In this document: positions 9,226-18,459 of the stretch, piece after piece
How the letters are laid out: each line of letters starts with the position of its first letter
Numbering within the stretch: the stretch's first letter is position 1
Source of the DNA: Clostridia bacterium
GTDB taxonomy: Bacteria; Bacillota; Clostridia; CAKSNL01; HGM11501
Assembly (NCBI GenBank): GCA_045545475.1
Contig: JAZQAZ010000012.1
Coordinates: 1 to 28,135 of the forward strand
Length of the DNA: 28,135 nt
Direction: 5' to 3'
Notes under the pieces: generated by a model
What the model was told of the DNA's origin: nothing
Database searches by the model: none
What the model saw: only the letters and a program-made list of their open reading frames with translations
Program-made: the position numbers and the translations under genes

Positions 9226-10344
9226 ATGAAAGTTGCCATGATTGGCCATAAAGTTGTACCATCAAGACGAGGCGGAATAGAAAATGTCCTTACCACGCTT
9301 TGTCCTATACTTTGCGAAATGGGCCTTGACGTTACCTGCTATAACCGTTCGTCTGACAAAGTTGAAAATGAATATGTCGGAACCGTGCATGACAAAATGT
9401 ATAAAGGCGTAAAGCTTAAAACCGCATGGACGATAAATTTCCGTGGGTTTGCTGCAATGATAGCATCCTTCACGGCGGCAATTGCGGCATCCTTCGGGAA
9501 ATACGATGTTATTCACTTCCACGCGGAGGGTCCCTGTGCGGCATTATGGATACCAAAACTTTTCGGCAAAAAATGTATAGCTACAGTTCACGGACTTGAC
9601 TGGCAGAGAGAAAAATGGGGCAAGGGTTTTGCTTCAAAATATATCAAATTCGGAGAAAAGGTTTTAGCCAAATATGCAGATGAGGTTATCGTTTTAAGCG
9701 ATGCTGCCCACGATTATTTCAAAGAAACATACAACCGTGAAACCACTGTTATTCATAACGGAATAAGCCGTCCCGAAAGAAAAGATGCCAATATTATAAC
9801 CGAAAAATACGGTCTTTCGAAAGACGGATATATATCCCTTGTTTCAAGGCTTACTGCAGAAAAAGGCGTTCACTATCTTATTGACGCCTACAAGATGATT
9901 GCGACGGATAAAAAGCTTGTAATCGCAGGAGATACCAGCGATACGGATGAATATGTGAAAATGCTTAAAGAAAAGGCCGAAGGAAACCCGAATATTATTT
10001 TCACGGGCTTTATTTCAGGAGATACATTAAAGGAAATCTATTCCAACGCTTATATAAATGTACTTCCCTCCGACCTTGAGGGGATGTCTTTATGTCTCCT
10101 TGAGTCTCTTGCCTACAGAAATGCGCTTTTATGTTCGGACATTCCCGAAAACACTTCCGTTGCCGAGGACAAAGCACTTTATTTCAAAAAAGGCAATATA
10201 GAAGATCTGGCAGAAAAGCTTAAATTGCTGTGCAATGACGCTTCCCTGGTCTCCTCCCTCCGTGACGGTGCGGATGACTTCATTTTAAGTAAATACAACT
10301 GGTCAGATGTTGCAAAAGCAACTTACGAGCTTTATCAAAAATAA
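9226..10344 (+). CDS. GT4 glycosyltransferase
   Basis: GGIE, HGLDWQREKW, SRLTAEKG, PSDLEGMSLCLLESL (E-x7-E). ATG 9226 after GGAG (track GTG 9217). Confidence 0.92.
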   Translation: MKVAMIGHKVVPSRRGGIENVLTTLCPILCEMGLDVTCYNRSSDKVENEYVGTVHDKMYKGVKLKTAWTINFRGFAAMIASFTAAIAASFGKYDVIHFHAEGPCAALWIPKLFGKKCIATVHGLDWQREKWGKGFASKYIKFGEKVLAKYADEVIVLSDAAHDYFKETYNRETTVIHNGISRPERKDANIITEKYGLSKDGYISLVSRLTAEKGVHYLIDAYKMIATDKKLVIAGDTSDTDEYVKMLKEKAEGNPNIIFTGFISGDTLKEIYSNAYINVLPSDLEGMSLCLLESLAYRNALLCSDIPENTSVAEDKALYFKKGNIEDLAEKLKLLCNDASLVSSLRDGADDFILSKYNWSDVAKATYELYQK

Positions 10345-10363
10345 ATGTAAAGGTTTGTTTAAT

Positions 10364-11587
10364 ATGGATATTATGAAAAACACCGACAATCCCCACAACA
10401 GAGTATGCGAAATATTTAAGGAGCTCGCCTCTGAAAAGCTTTATGACACATGGATTGACAGTTTTGATGTCAATGTTGTTGACGATAAACACGTTTCTGT
10501 AATTTATCACGGCTCCGAAGACATAAAAAAGTTCAAAAAAGAGTGCAAAAAAGTCCTGACTTTCTGCATTTATTCTGCAATTGACGTGGACATAAATATC
10601 AAATTTACGAAAAACACCACAAACGAAGTTTTACCTTCCAAAACCAGGAAGAACTTAACGGCTCTCAAGTTCTTTATTCTGGGAATGTTATTTGTTTGTC
10701 TTGCAACTGCCGTTATTGTTATTATGTGCAGTTATATAGGAAACCGTAATTTCAGGGAAACCTTTTACAGCACCAGCAGCATAAAGGTTGACAGTCCTGT
10801 TCGTATTATCCAGCTTTCAGATATGCACGGTGCGAAATACGGCAAGGACAACGAAAAGTTGATTTCCCGTATCAGAGCGCTTAACCCTGACATTATTATC
10901 TGCACCGGAGATATTGTGGATTCCGTAAATGAAGATAAGGACTATGCAATCGCTCTCGGAAAAGAGCTTTCGGAAATTGCTCCTTCCTATTATATATACG
11001 GAAACAACGAAGTTGAAGGTATTTACGATGTACCGCTTAACGAAAAAGAACTTGATGAAAAGTTCGGCTTTGATAAAAATAACCGTGACGAAACAGCACT
11101 TACCAATCTCAGTGATAATTTTGAAGACGAGCTTGAGAAAACCGGCATGAAGGTTTTGAAAAACGAAAAGGACACCATAAAAGTAAAAACAATGACAATT
11201 GATGTATACGGAGTTTTAAATTCAAACCCCTCATCCTTTTGGTCTTACTCCGAAAAAGCTTTTTTAAGCTATATAGAAGAAAATCCCGGAAATTTGAAAA
11301 TCACAGCTGTTCACGAGCCGTTTATTTTTGAGGAATTCAATCCCGAATTCTGGGGGGATTTAATGCTTGCAGGCCACACTCACGGCGGCGTAATGCGTAT
11401 TCCCATGTTCGGACCTCTTTATACAACCGAAGGTGGGTTATTCCCTGAACGAGGCGGCGACTTTGTTTACGGAAGATATGATGCGGCAGGAAAGCCTTTG
11501 ATTATAAGCTCAGGTCTTGAAAACAATAATATTTTACGAATAAACAATCAGCCGGAACTTGTTGTCATTGATATTAATAAATTTTAA
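10364..11587 (+). CDS. Membrane-anchored calcineurin-like metallophosphoesterase (YkuE-like) with an N-terminal DnaA-domain-I-like region
   Basis: SDMH, TGDIVD, GNNE, HEP and GHTHGG motifs; TM FFILGMLFVCLATAVIVIMC; the first ~80 aa follow the DnaA domain I pattern (SEKLYDTWI...INIKF). Confidence 0.8.
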   Translation: MDIMKNTDNPHNRVCEIFKELASEKLYDTWIDSFDVNVVDDKHVSVIYHGSEDIKKFKKECKKVLTFCIYSAIDVDINIKFTKNTTNEVLPSKTRKNLTALKFFILGMLFVCLATAVIVIMCSYIGNRNFRETFYSTSSIKVDSPVRIIQLSDMHGAKYGKDNEKLISRIRALNPDIIICTGDIVDSVNEDKDYAIALGKELSEIAPSYYIYGNNEVEGIYDVPLNEKELDEKFGFDKNNRDETALTNLSDNFEDELEKTGMKVLKNEKDTIKVKTMTIDVYGVLNSNPSSFWSYSEKAFLSYIEENPGNLKITAVHEPFIFEEFNPEFWGDLMLAGHTHGGVMRIPMFGPLYTTEGGLFPERGGDFVYGRYDAAGKPLIISSGLENNNILRINNQPELVVIDINKF

Positions 11588-11605
11588 TTAAAGGAGGAAT
11601 AAACG

Positions 11606-12961
11606 ATGCTTACCGGTATAATTCAGAAATTGATTCTTTTGGCTGTCGGTATTTTGTTTTTGTCATCAGTTGCAATAATATTTCTCCGCTTAAAAAACGT
11701 CAATCGTACAGAACGTACACAAATTTTCAAAACGGCAGAATATTTCAACGCATGGATAATCCTTATTTGCTTTGTAACCACAATTGTTTACGGACTTTTC
11801 AATCATTTTGAAATGAAAAAATCCGTTCATGCAATACTTTCCCTTAACTATTCCGAGGCGTCTCAGGCACTTAATTCCAACGGAACAAGATACAACATGG
11901 CAGAAATTATAAGCGATGAAGTTGTGGAAAGAGCCATAAAAAAAGGGGCACTTCCCGATGTCACGGTAAAACAGCTTAAAAACTGCCTTGTGGTTTACCC
12001 CTGCGTACAGGGCGGTGTGGGAGATGAAACACAGTACCACATTTCCACAGAATTTGCAGTTGAATACCACGCATCCAAAGATACCGATCACCTTGATTCA
12101 GAAAATGTCATCAAGCTTATAACAGGTGCCTATAAGGAATATTACATTGAAAAATATACCGACAATTTTAAGCTTGACAGCGAAAAGCCGGATTTTACAG
12201 AAATGGAATATATGGATGTAGTTTCATATTTAGACAAAGAAGCACAGGCCATCCTTAATTATCTTTACGGAATGGCCGGAAAAAATCCCAGCTTTGTCAC
12301 CGAAAACGGAAGCACATTCAACTCCATTGCGGGTAAAGTTTATCAATTCAAAGAAACCCAGATAAATCAGAACTTAAAATCCCTTATACTGCAAAACGGA
12401 ATTGTAAGAGATGAAGACGAATATGTTGACAGGCTTTCATATCACAATAAAAACGTGGATTTTGACCGTCAGAAAAATCAGGTTTCTTATAATCTCTGCA
12501 ACAGTGCCATTGCCATGTACAGCGAGGAAATGACCAGAATCGTACTTGTCCCCACCTGGGATCAATCAGGCAAGTACTACATGGGAAGAACAAAGGTTGG
12601 CGTTGACGAGCTTTCCGTAATGGCCACAAACTTCAGTGACTATGTGGCATCCAACGAAAAGGAAATCATGGATAACAAGCTTATTATGGAAAAAATTTCA
12701 TCGGGAAGTGATGATTCTTCACTTTATTCTTCAGCAGACTCTCTTATAGAATCAATTTATACAAGCATCAAGGACTTTGAAAAAGAAGCAATTACCGCAG
12801 GAAGAGAGTATTCCCGCCATAAAATGAACCAGTGTATTGCAGTAAGTATTTACGGAATTTCAATTATGAGTGAGCTTAAAACGCTTATACTCTTTGCAGC
12901 CTTTACATATATATCGCTCATGCTTTATCACATTTCAAAGAAATTCCCCAAAAAAGCTTAA
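11606..12961 (+). CDS. Polysaccharide co-polymerase (Wzz/PCP)-like membrane protein, paralogue 1
   Basis: Two N-terminal TMs, a large helical extracytoplasmic region and a C-terminal TM; LNYSEASQALNSNGTRYNMAEIISDEVVERA; AAGGAGG RBS. The PCP role is inferred from topology and position near wzy. Confidence 0.6.
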   Translation: MLTGIIQKLILLAVGILFLSSVAIIFLRLKNVNRTERTQIFKTAEYFNAWIILICFVTTIVYGLFNHFEMKKSVHAILSLNYSEASQALNSNGTRYNMAEIISDEVVERAIKKGALPDVTVKQLKNCLVVYPCVQGGVGDETQYHISTEFAVEYHASKDTDHLDSENVIKLITGAYKEYYIEKYTDNFKLDSEKPDFTEMEYMDVVSYLDKEAQAILNYLYGMAGKNPSFVTENGSTFNSIAGKVYQFKETQINQNLKSLILQNGIVRDEDEYVDRLSYHNKNVDFDRQKNQVSYNLCNSAIAMYSEEMTRIVLVPTWDQSGKYYMGRTKVGVDELSVMATNFSDYVASNEKEIMDNKLIMEKISSGSDDSSLYSSADSLIESIYTSIKDFEKEAITAGREYSRHKMNQCIAVSIYGISIMSELKTLILFAAFTYISLMLYHISKKFPKKA

Positions 12962-12973
12962 AGGAGGATAGCA

Positions 12974-14824
12974 ATGAAAAATTTCGAAATTTTAAGATAC
13001 TTAAAAAGATTACTTCCCATCATCATTGTTATCTGTCTTCTGGCAACGTATGCCATCCATTTTAAGCTTTCACGTTCCAATACATATATAGCATCAGAGG
13101 TTATCCACTATAATGATGAGCAGGCGGAAAAAGGCCTTGCTCCCACCGGAGAAAAGCTGGATGTAAATGAAATCAAATCCTCTGCAGTAATGTCAAGAGT
13201 GGTTGACAAAATGGGCCTTACCGGAATTTATTCCGTTGACAGCCTTATTTCGAGAATTGAAATAACCCCCATCGAGGACAAGGACAAGGTTGCACAGAAG
13301 GATGCAAAACTTGAAGAGGGCGAAGAATACATATATAAGCCCAGTACCTTCATTATTTCCTTTGCCGCAACAAGTGGCGAAGGCCCCGACTTTGCGAGAA
13401 CTGTTCTTGACGAGATTCTGGATGTTTACTTTGAGCAGTTCAGCCAGAAATATGTAAACGTAGCTCCCGCAAACAATACCATTGAAAACTTAAATAAAAA
13501 CGATTATGACTTCATCGAAATAATGGAGCTTATCGACACGAGCATTGACAACACTCTTTCCACGTTATATCAAAGAATCAGCCAGAATAACTATTACAGA
13601 GCTACAGAAACCGGGGTATCATTTTCCGAGCTGGCAGATGATTTCAATTATTTAAGACAGGTTAATGTTTCATCACTTTTCTCTAAAATTTATGAGTATC
13701 AGATTACAAAAAACCGAGCTGTTTTAGTATCCGACTATACAACAAGAATAGACAATAACGGCATTTCCAACGAGAAAGACGAAAGCATAATAGAAGACGT
13801 TGTTACGGTAATTGATGCCTATGTAACAAAAATGCGTGAATCGGGAAACACCAACATAACCTATGAATACATTCTCGATAATCTTCACGAGCGTAATCCC
13901 CAGGATTATTTAAGCGACCAGACCGTTACCTATGACGAGCTTATTTACAGTTGGAGAGACCATAACGAAAGCAAGGAGCATGCAATTATCGACTCTGCGT
14001 ATTGTCGTTACATAATTGACACCTTCACCTCCTGCACCGGCAACTGCGGAGGAAAATGTGAATCATCATCGCTTACCTGTGCAGAGCTGAGCAACTCAGA
14101 ATATGCTGCTGTCAGAGCCGAGGTTGAGGAAGAAATTGATTCCCTTCTTAAAGAGCTTTCCACTCTTTACGATATCACAACAAAAACCAATGAAGAATAC
14201 AACAAATACCTTGGTGCAAGCTATATTTCCGTATTATCCTCTGCTTCTGTGAGAGAAAGTGTAAATGTAACACTTTATACCGCAATTGCTTTCTTCTTCC
14301 TTGTGGTTCTCTGCTCCGGCGGTGCCATTATTCTCGGAAGAGCCGCTGACATAATAAATTACATTTTCTATACCGACCATCTTACAGAATTCGGCAACAG
14401 GGCATACCTTGATAAGTACTTGAAATCCAAGGATAAAAAACTTCTTGATGACGGCGTTGTTTACTGTATGGTGGATATATCAAATCTTTCACACATTAAT
14501 GGAGAACACTCCAGAACTGCAGGCGATGACATAATAAAGATGTTTGCATACTACCTTAAAGAATCCTTCGGTAAATCGAACACCGAATACATCTATAACG
14601 GCAACGGCAGCTTTGTCATGTTGACAGAGGATTCCGATTATATTACCGTTGAGGATATTATGAGACTATTCAGACTGCGACTTGATGAAAGAGAAGAACT
14701 AAGAGACATTGTAATCGAATACAAAATCGGTATTGCAGAAACCTTTAAGGAAAATAAAACCGCAAGAAAATTGCTTTCAGAAGCCATAGGAAACAAAAAG
14801 AACTACACTTCGGACGTAAGATAA
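12974..14824 (+). CDS. Polysaccharide co-polymerase-like protein, paralogue 2, fused to a degenerate GGDEF domain
   Basis: N-terminal TM, large extracytoplasmic region and TM, then TDHLTEFGNR, VDISNLSHIN...AGDDII and YNGNGSF in place of RxGGDEF. Confidence 0.7.
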   Translation: MKNFEILRYLKRLLPIIIVICLLATYAIHFKLSRSNTYIASEVIHYNDEQAEKGLAPTGEKLDVNEIKSSAVMSRVVDKMGLTGIYSVDSLISRIEITPIEDKDKVAQKDAKLEEGEEYIYKPSTFIISFAATSGEGPDFARTVLDEILDVYFEQFSQKYVNVAPANNTIENLNKNDYDFIEIMELIDTSIDNTLSTLYQRISQNNYYRATETGVSFSELADDFNYLRQVNVSSLFSKIYEYQITKNRAVLVSDYTTRIDNNGISNEKDESIIEDVVTVIDAYVTKMRESGNTNITYEYILDNLHERNPQDYLSDQTVTYDELIYSWRDHNESKEHAIIDSAYCRYIIDTFTSCTGNCGGKCESSSLTCAELSNSEYAAVRAEVEEEIDSLLKELSTLYDITTKTNEEYNKYLGASYISVLSSASVRESVNVTLYTAIAFFFLVVLCSGGAIILGRAADIINYIFYTDHLTEFGNRAYLDKYLKSKDKKLLDDGVVYCMVDISNLSHINGEHSRTAGDDIIKMFAYYLKESFGKSNTEYIYNGNGSFVMLTEDSDYITVEDIMRLFRLRLDEREELRDIVIEYKIGIAETFKENKTARKLLSEAIGNKKNYTSDVR

Positions 14825-14875
14825 TATTAAAGATTTCCTTAAATCAGGCACTTTATGAGAAAGGAGGGCAACTTT

Positions 14876-16180
14876 GTGGAAAAAAAAATTCTCGGAAAAG
14901 CAAAAACATTTTATTTCATGCTTGTTGCTGTGATGATGTATTACTTTCTCAATGAATATATTGATATAGGTCTGCACATCACATTCCGCCACGCCTTTGC
15001 CCTCGTCCTCTTTGCAAGTGCAACAGTTTTGTTTTTATATAAACCAAATATCGCAAGGGGTTTTACCGCCTTCACTGATGCCTGTATTTATAGTCTACCC
15101 CTCCTTGTAACCACATCGGTTTCTCTTTTTGTATGGTTCATGGAAACGGTGGATGTTGGCGTAATTTCCAGAGGTCTTTCAAGTTCTTTCATATATTCCA
15201 ATATGCTCTCCTTTGCTTTGGGAGCAGGTGCACTGCTTTACATATTCGGAAATAACGGTATATGGTATAACCTTGCAGCTATTCTAATTGCAAATATTTT
15301 AATGCTGATAAAGGTTATTGCCGAAAACGGAATAGGCAGCTTTTTTTCGGAATTTGTAACGCTGGTTGTAACCTTTGCAGGCGTCACCGGTGACATTATT
15401 GTTCAGGCGGAAATCCACGAGCTTGCATTTTGTCTCGGAGCATATCTTATATACATGCTCTATAAACCCAAGAAAAGTATAATATATTTTATTTTCCTTT
15501 TCCTGAGCCTTTTCTGCTTTCTTGCGGCATTCAAGAGAATTGCCATAATAGCCATTGCAATTGCCCTTTTCTTTGGGTACCTGTTAAAATTCATCGCTAA
15601 ATATAACAAAAAAACTGCGGAAATACTCGTTATAATACTGTCGGTTGCAGTAATAATTCTTCTTATAGGCTATATCGCACTTATAAAAATGGATGCCTTT
15701 GAACTTCTTGAAGAAGCAGGAATTAACACCAGCGGCCGTGTGGAAATTTACAATGCTGTCGATGAATTTTATGAGTTCAATCCGGGATTTCTCGGAAACG
15801 GAATAGGCTTTCTCACCTACCAGCTTAATACCTTCATGAATGTGGGAGTTGCCTCAGTTCACAACGACTTTCTTCAGCATTTCATCGACCTTGGATTCTG
15901 GGGATACATCATCTGGCTCATCACAATGACTCTCACAAGAACATGCTATTTCGGAAGACGCGGCAATGTGGAAAATGCCATAATTTCATTTATACTTACC
16001 CTTTATCTTATTATTGTATCCACCACCGACAACACCATGAACTATCCGCTTTTAACAGGAGTTCTTGCAATTTTGATGATGGGAGAAAGCTTTGGAGAAA
16101 ATGTACGATACAGAGAAAATAAAATGTTCGGTTATATTTCCGAAGCTAACCGGGGAGAGAAAGGAGATTCTGTTTTATGA
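14876..16180 (+). CDS. wzy: Wzy polymerase (O-antigen ligase-like)
   Basis: Polytopic; TSGR..IY, FLGNGIG and HNDFLQ..DLG motifs; GTG 14876 after AAGGAGG (track ATG 14855). Confidence 0.8.
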   Translation: MEKKILGKAKTFYFMLVAVMMYYFLNEYIDIGLHITFRHAFALVLFASATVLFLYKPNIARGFTAFTDACIYSLPLLVTTSVSLFVWFMETVDVGVISRGLSSSFIYSNMLSFALGAGALLYIFGNNGIWYNLAAILIANILMLIKVIAENGIGSFFSEFVTLVVTFAGVTGDIIVQAEIHELAFCLGAYLIYMLYKPKKSIIYFIFLFLSLFCFLAAFKRIAIIAIAIALFFGYLLKFIAKYNKKTAEILVIILSVAVIILLIGYIALIKMDAFELLEEAGINTSGRVEIYNAVDEFYEFNPGFLGNGIGFLTYQLNTFMNVGVASVHNDFLQHFIDLGFWGYIIWLITMTLTRTCYFGRRGNVENAIISFILTLYLIIVSTTDNTMNYPLLTGVLAILMMGESFGENVRYRENKMFGYISEANRGEKGDSVL

Positions 16181-17385
16181 AAATTTTAATGGTAAATAAA
16201 TTTCTCTATCCCCGTGGCGGAAGCGAAAGCTATATGCTCTACCTTGCCGAATATCTTAAGAAAATCGGTCACGAAGTTCAGTTTTTCGGCATGTACGATG
16301 AAAACAACACCGTAGCAAATAACGCAGGTTTGTATACTACAAATATGGATTTTCACTCCGAAGGACTAAAAAGATTTCTTTATCCTTTCAAAATCATCTA
16401 TTCCTTTGAAGCAAAAAGGAAAATCATGCAGGTTATAGACGATTTTAAGCCTGACATAGTTCACATGAATAATATAAATTTTCAGCTTACGCCTTCCATA
16501 ATTTACGGCGTAAAGAAAAAAGGTATTCCTTTGGTGCAAACAGTGCACGATTATCAGATGATTTGCCCCAATCACCTTCTATATAATTTTGACAAGAACA
16601 TCCCTTGCGAAAAATGCGTCGGGGGCTCACTATCAAATTGCATAAAAAACAAGTGCATTCACTCATCAACCGTGAAAAGCATTATTGGCGTTATCGAAGC
16701 CAAGCTTTACTCACTGCTTAAAACCTACAAAAAGGTTGACCTTTTTATTTGCCCCAGTAACTTTCTTGAAAAAAAGCTGTTATCGGCAAAAGCATATTAT
16801 AAAGGAAAAACCAAAACTATTCATAACTTCATAAACAAAGAACAGTTTAACTCTAGCGAATTAACCGTTGAAGACTATATCGTTTTTGTAGGAAGGCTTT
16901 CCAAAGAAAAGGGAATTGAAAATATAGCCGGAGCCTCAAAGCTTCTTCCCGAATATAAATTTGTTATTGCAGGAAGCGGCCCGGATGAGGACATGCTTAA
17001 GGACCTTCCCAATGTGAAATTAGCAGGATTCCTCACAGGTGATGAGCTTACATCTCTTATGGGAAAGGCGAAAGTGCTTCTTCTCCCCTCTGTGTGCTAT
17101 GAAAATTGTCCGCTTTCCATACTGGAGGCACATTCCATGGGCGTTCCTGTTGTCACCATGAACTCAGGTGGAATGGCAGAGCTTGTAAAAGACGGTGTAA
17201 CAGGCACTCTCGTCACCGAGCCTACCCCGGAAGGAATTGCATCAAGCATAAAGAAAACCCTAGAAAATGATGATTATTATAATCAGCTTAAAGAAAACTG
17301 CAAAAAGGAAAAAAGTAATATTTTAAGCGTGGAAAGCTACGCAGAAATCCTTATAAAAGAATATGAAAAACTGATTGCGAGGTGA
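16177..17385 (+). CDS. GT4 glycosyltransferase
   Basis: MKILMVNKFLYPRGGSE, VGRLSKEKG, YENCPLSILEA; ATGA overlap. Confidence 0.92.
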   Translation: MKILMVNKFLYPRGGSESYMLYLAEYLKKIGHEVQFFGMYDENNTVANNAGLYTTNMDFHSEGLKRFLYPFKIIYSFEAKRKIMQVIDDFKPDIVHMNNINFQLTPSIIYGVKKKGIPLVQTVHDYQMICPNHLLYNFDKNIPCEKCVGGSLSNCIKNKCIHSSTVKSIIGVIEAKLYSLLKTYKKVDLFICPSNFLEKKLLSAKAYYKGKTKTIHNFINKEQFNSSELTVEDYIVFVGRLSKEKGIENIAGASKLLPEYKFVIAGSGPDEDMLKDLPNVKLAGFLTGDELTSLMGKAKVLLLPSVCYENCPLSILEAHSMGVPVVTMNSGGMAELVKDGVTGTLVTEPTPEGIASSIKKTLENDDYYNQLKENCKKEKSNILSVESYAEILIKEYEKLIAR

Positions 17386-17390
17386 AAAAA

Positions 17391-18449
17391 GTGTCAAATA
17401 CCAAGGTTAGCATTATCGTTCCTGTTTACAATGCGGAAAAGTATCTTAAAAGATGCATAAGTTCTTTGCAAAATCAAACTCTTAAGGATATTGAAATAAT
17501 TCTGGTGGACGATTCTTCCACCGACTCTTCCCTTGAAATATGCAAAAAAATGGCCGTGGAAGATTCCCGCATAAAAGTAATCCATAAGGAAAATGAGGGT
17601 GCCGGCCTTGCAAGAAATGCGGCACTTGAAATTGCAACCGGTGAATATATCGGCTTTCTGGACTCCGATGATTATGTTGAAAATGAAATGTTTGAAACGC
17701 TTTACAATAAAGCCATAGAACATTCTTCCGATCTTGTCATGTCCGGAGTATTATTTGTAGACGGAAATATGTTCAGCGAAAAAGGTGAACGTGTAAAGAA
17801 AACCTATTTTGATTGCGACACTCACTTTGAAGACGAATATGCTCTTAAAAAGCTTCGCATGGGAATAGTCGGCTCTTCCCCGGAAGATGCTGATGACAGT
17901 AAATACGGAATGAGCATCTGGAAAAATCTTTTTAAGAAAAAAATAATCGATGAAAATAACATTACATTTAACTCCGAGCGGGAAATGCTTTCGGAGGATG
18001 CTCTTTTCATGGTTGACTATATATCCTGCATCAGGAAAGCAACCGGAATTAACGAAGCATTTTACAATTATGTAAGAAATGACTCTTCCATATCAAAATC
18101 CTATAAAAAGGACAGATTTGAGAAAAGCCTTGTTTTCGTAAACGAGGTTGAAAAAAGATTTTGTAAGGACATAAATAAAGAAGAATATCAGATTTACATC
18201 GACAGATTCTGGCAGGCAATGTGCAGAGTTTTATGCACTCAGGAAATATTTAATGCAAAAGATAATAATATAAGCTACGGCAAATTGAAAAAACGGCTTA
18301 AGGCAATCTGCACTCACGAGCTTTCCAGGAGGGTTTTAAAGACATACCCATTCGGAAAACTTCCCCTTAAGCAAAGAATTTTTGCGTACTGCATGAAGTC
18401 AAGGCAGTATTTCCTCATGAAAATACTGGTAGGATTAAGAAGTAAATAA
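17391..18449 (+). CDS. GT2 glycosyltransferase
   Basis: VSIIVPVYN, LVDDSSTD, ARN, FLDSDD, SED. GTG 17391 after GAGGTG (alternative start 17382). Confidence 0.92.
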   Translation: MSNTKVSIIVPVYNAEKYLKRCISSLQNQTLKDIEIILVDDSSTDSSLEICKKMAVEDSRIKVIHKENEGAGLARNAALEIATGEYIGFLDSDDYVENEMFETLYNKAIEHSSDLVMSGVLFVDGNMFSEKGERVKKTYFDCDTHFEDEYALKKLRMGIVGSSPEDADDSKYGMSIWKNLFKKKIIDENNITFNSEREMLSEDALFMVDYISCIRKATGINEAFYNYVRNDSSISKSYKKDRFEKSLVFVNEVEKRFCKDINKEEYQIYIDRFWQAMCRVLCTQEIFNAKDNNISYGKLKKRLKAICTHELSRRVLKTYPFGKLPLKQRIFAYCMKSRQYFLMKILVGLRSK

Positions 18450-18459
18450 GGTGAAAGAT

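Noticed and set aside
10364-10609. dnaA gene, pseudogene or replication origin
   Set aside because: Only a domain I-like segment is present, in frame with a TM and a phosphoesterase. There is no AAA+ or DNA-binding domain, and I noticed no DnaA-box cluster.
16560-16660. Cys-rich loop in GT4 (CPNH..CEKC..C..KC) as a novelty
   Set aside because: As far as I know this insert is common in this GT4 subfamily.
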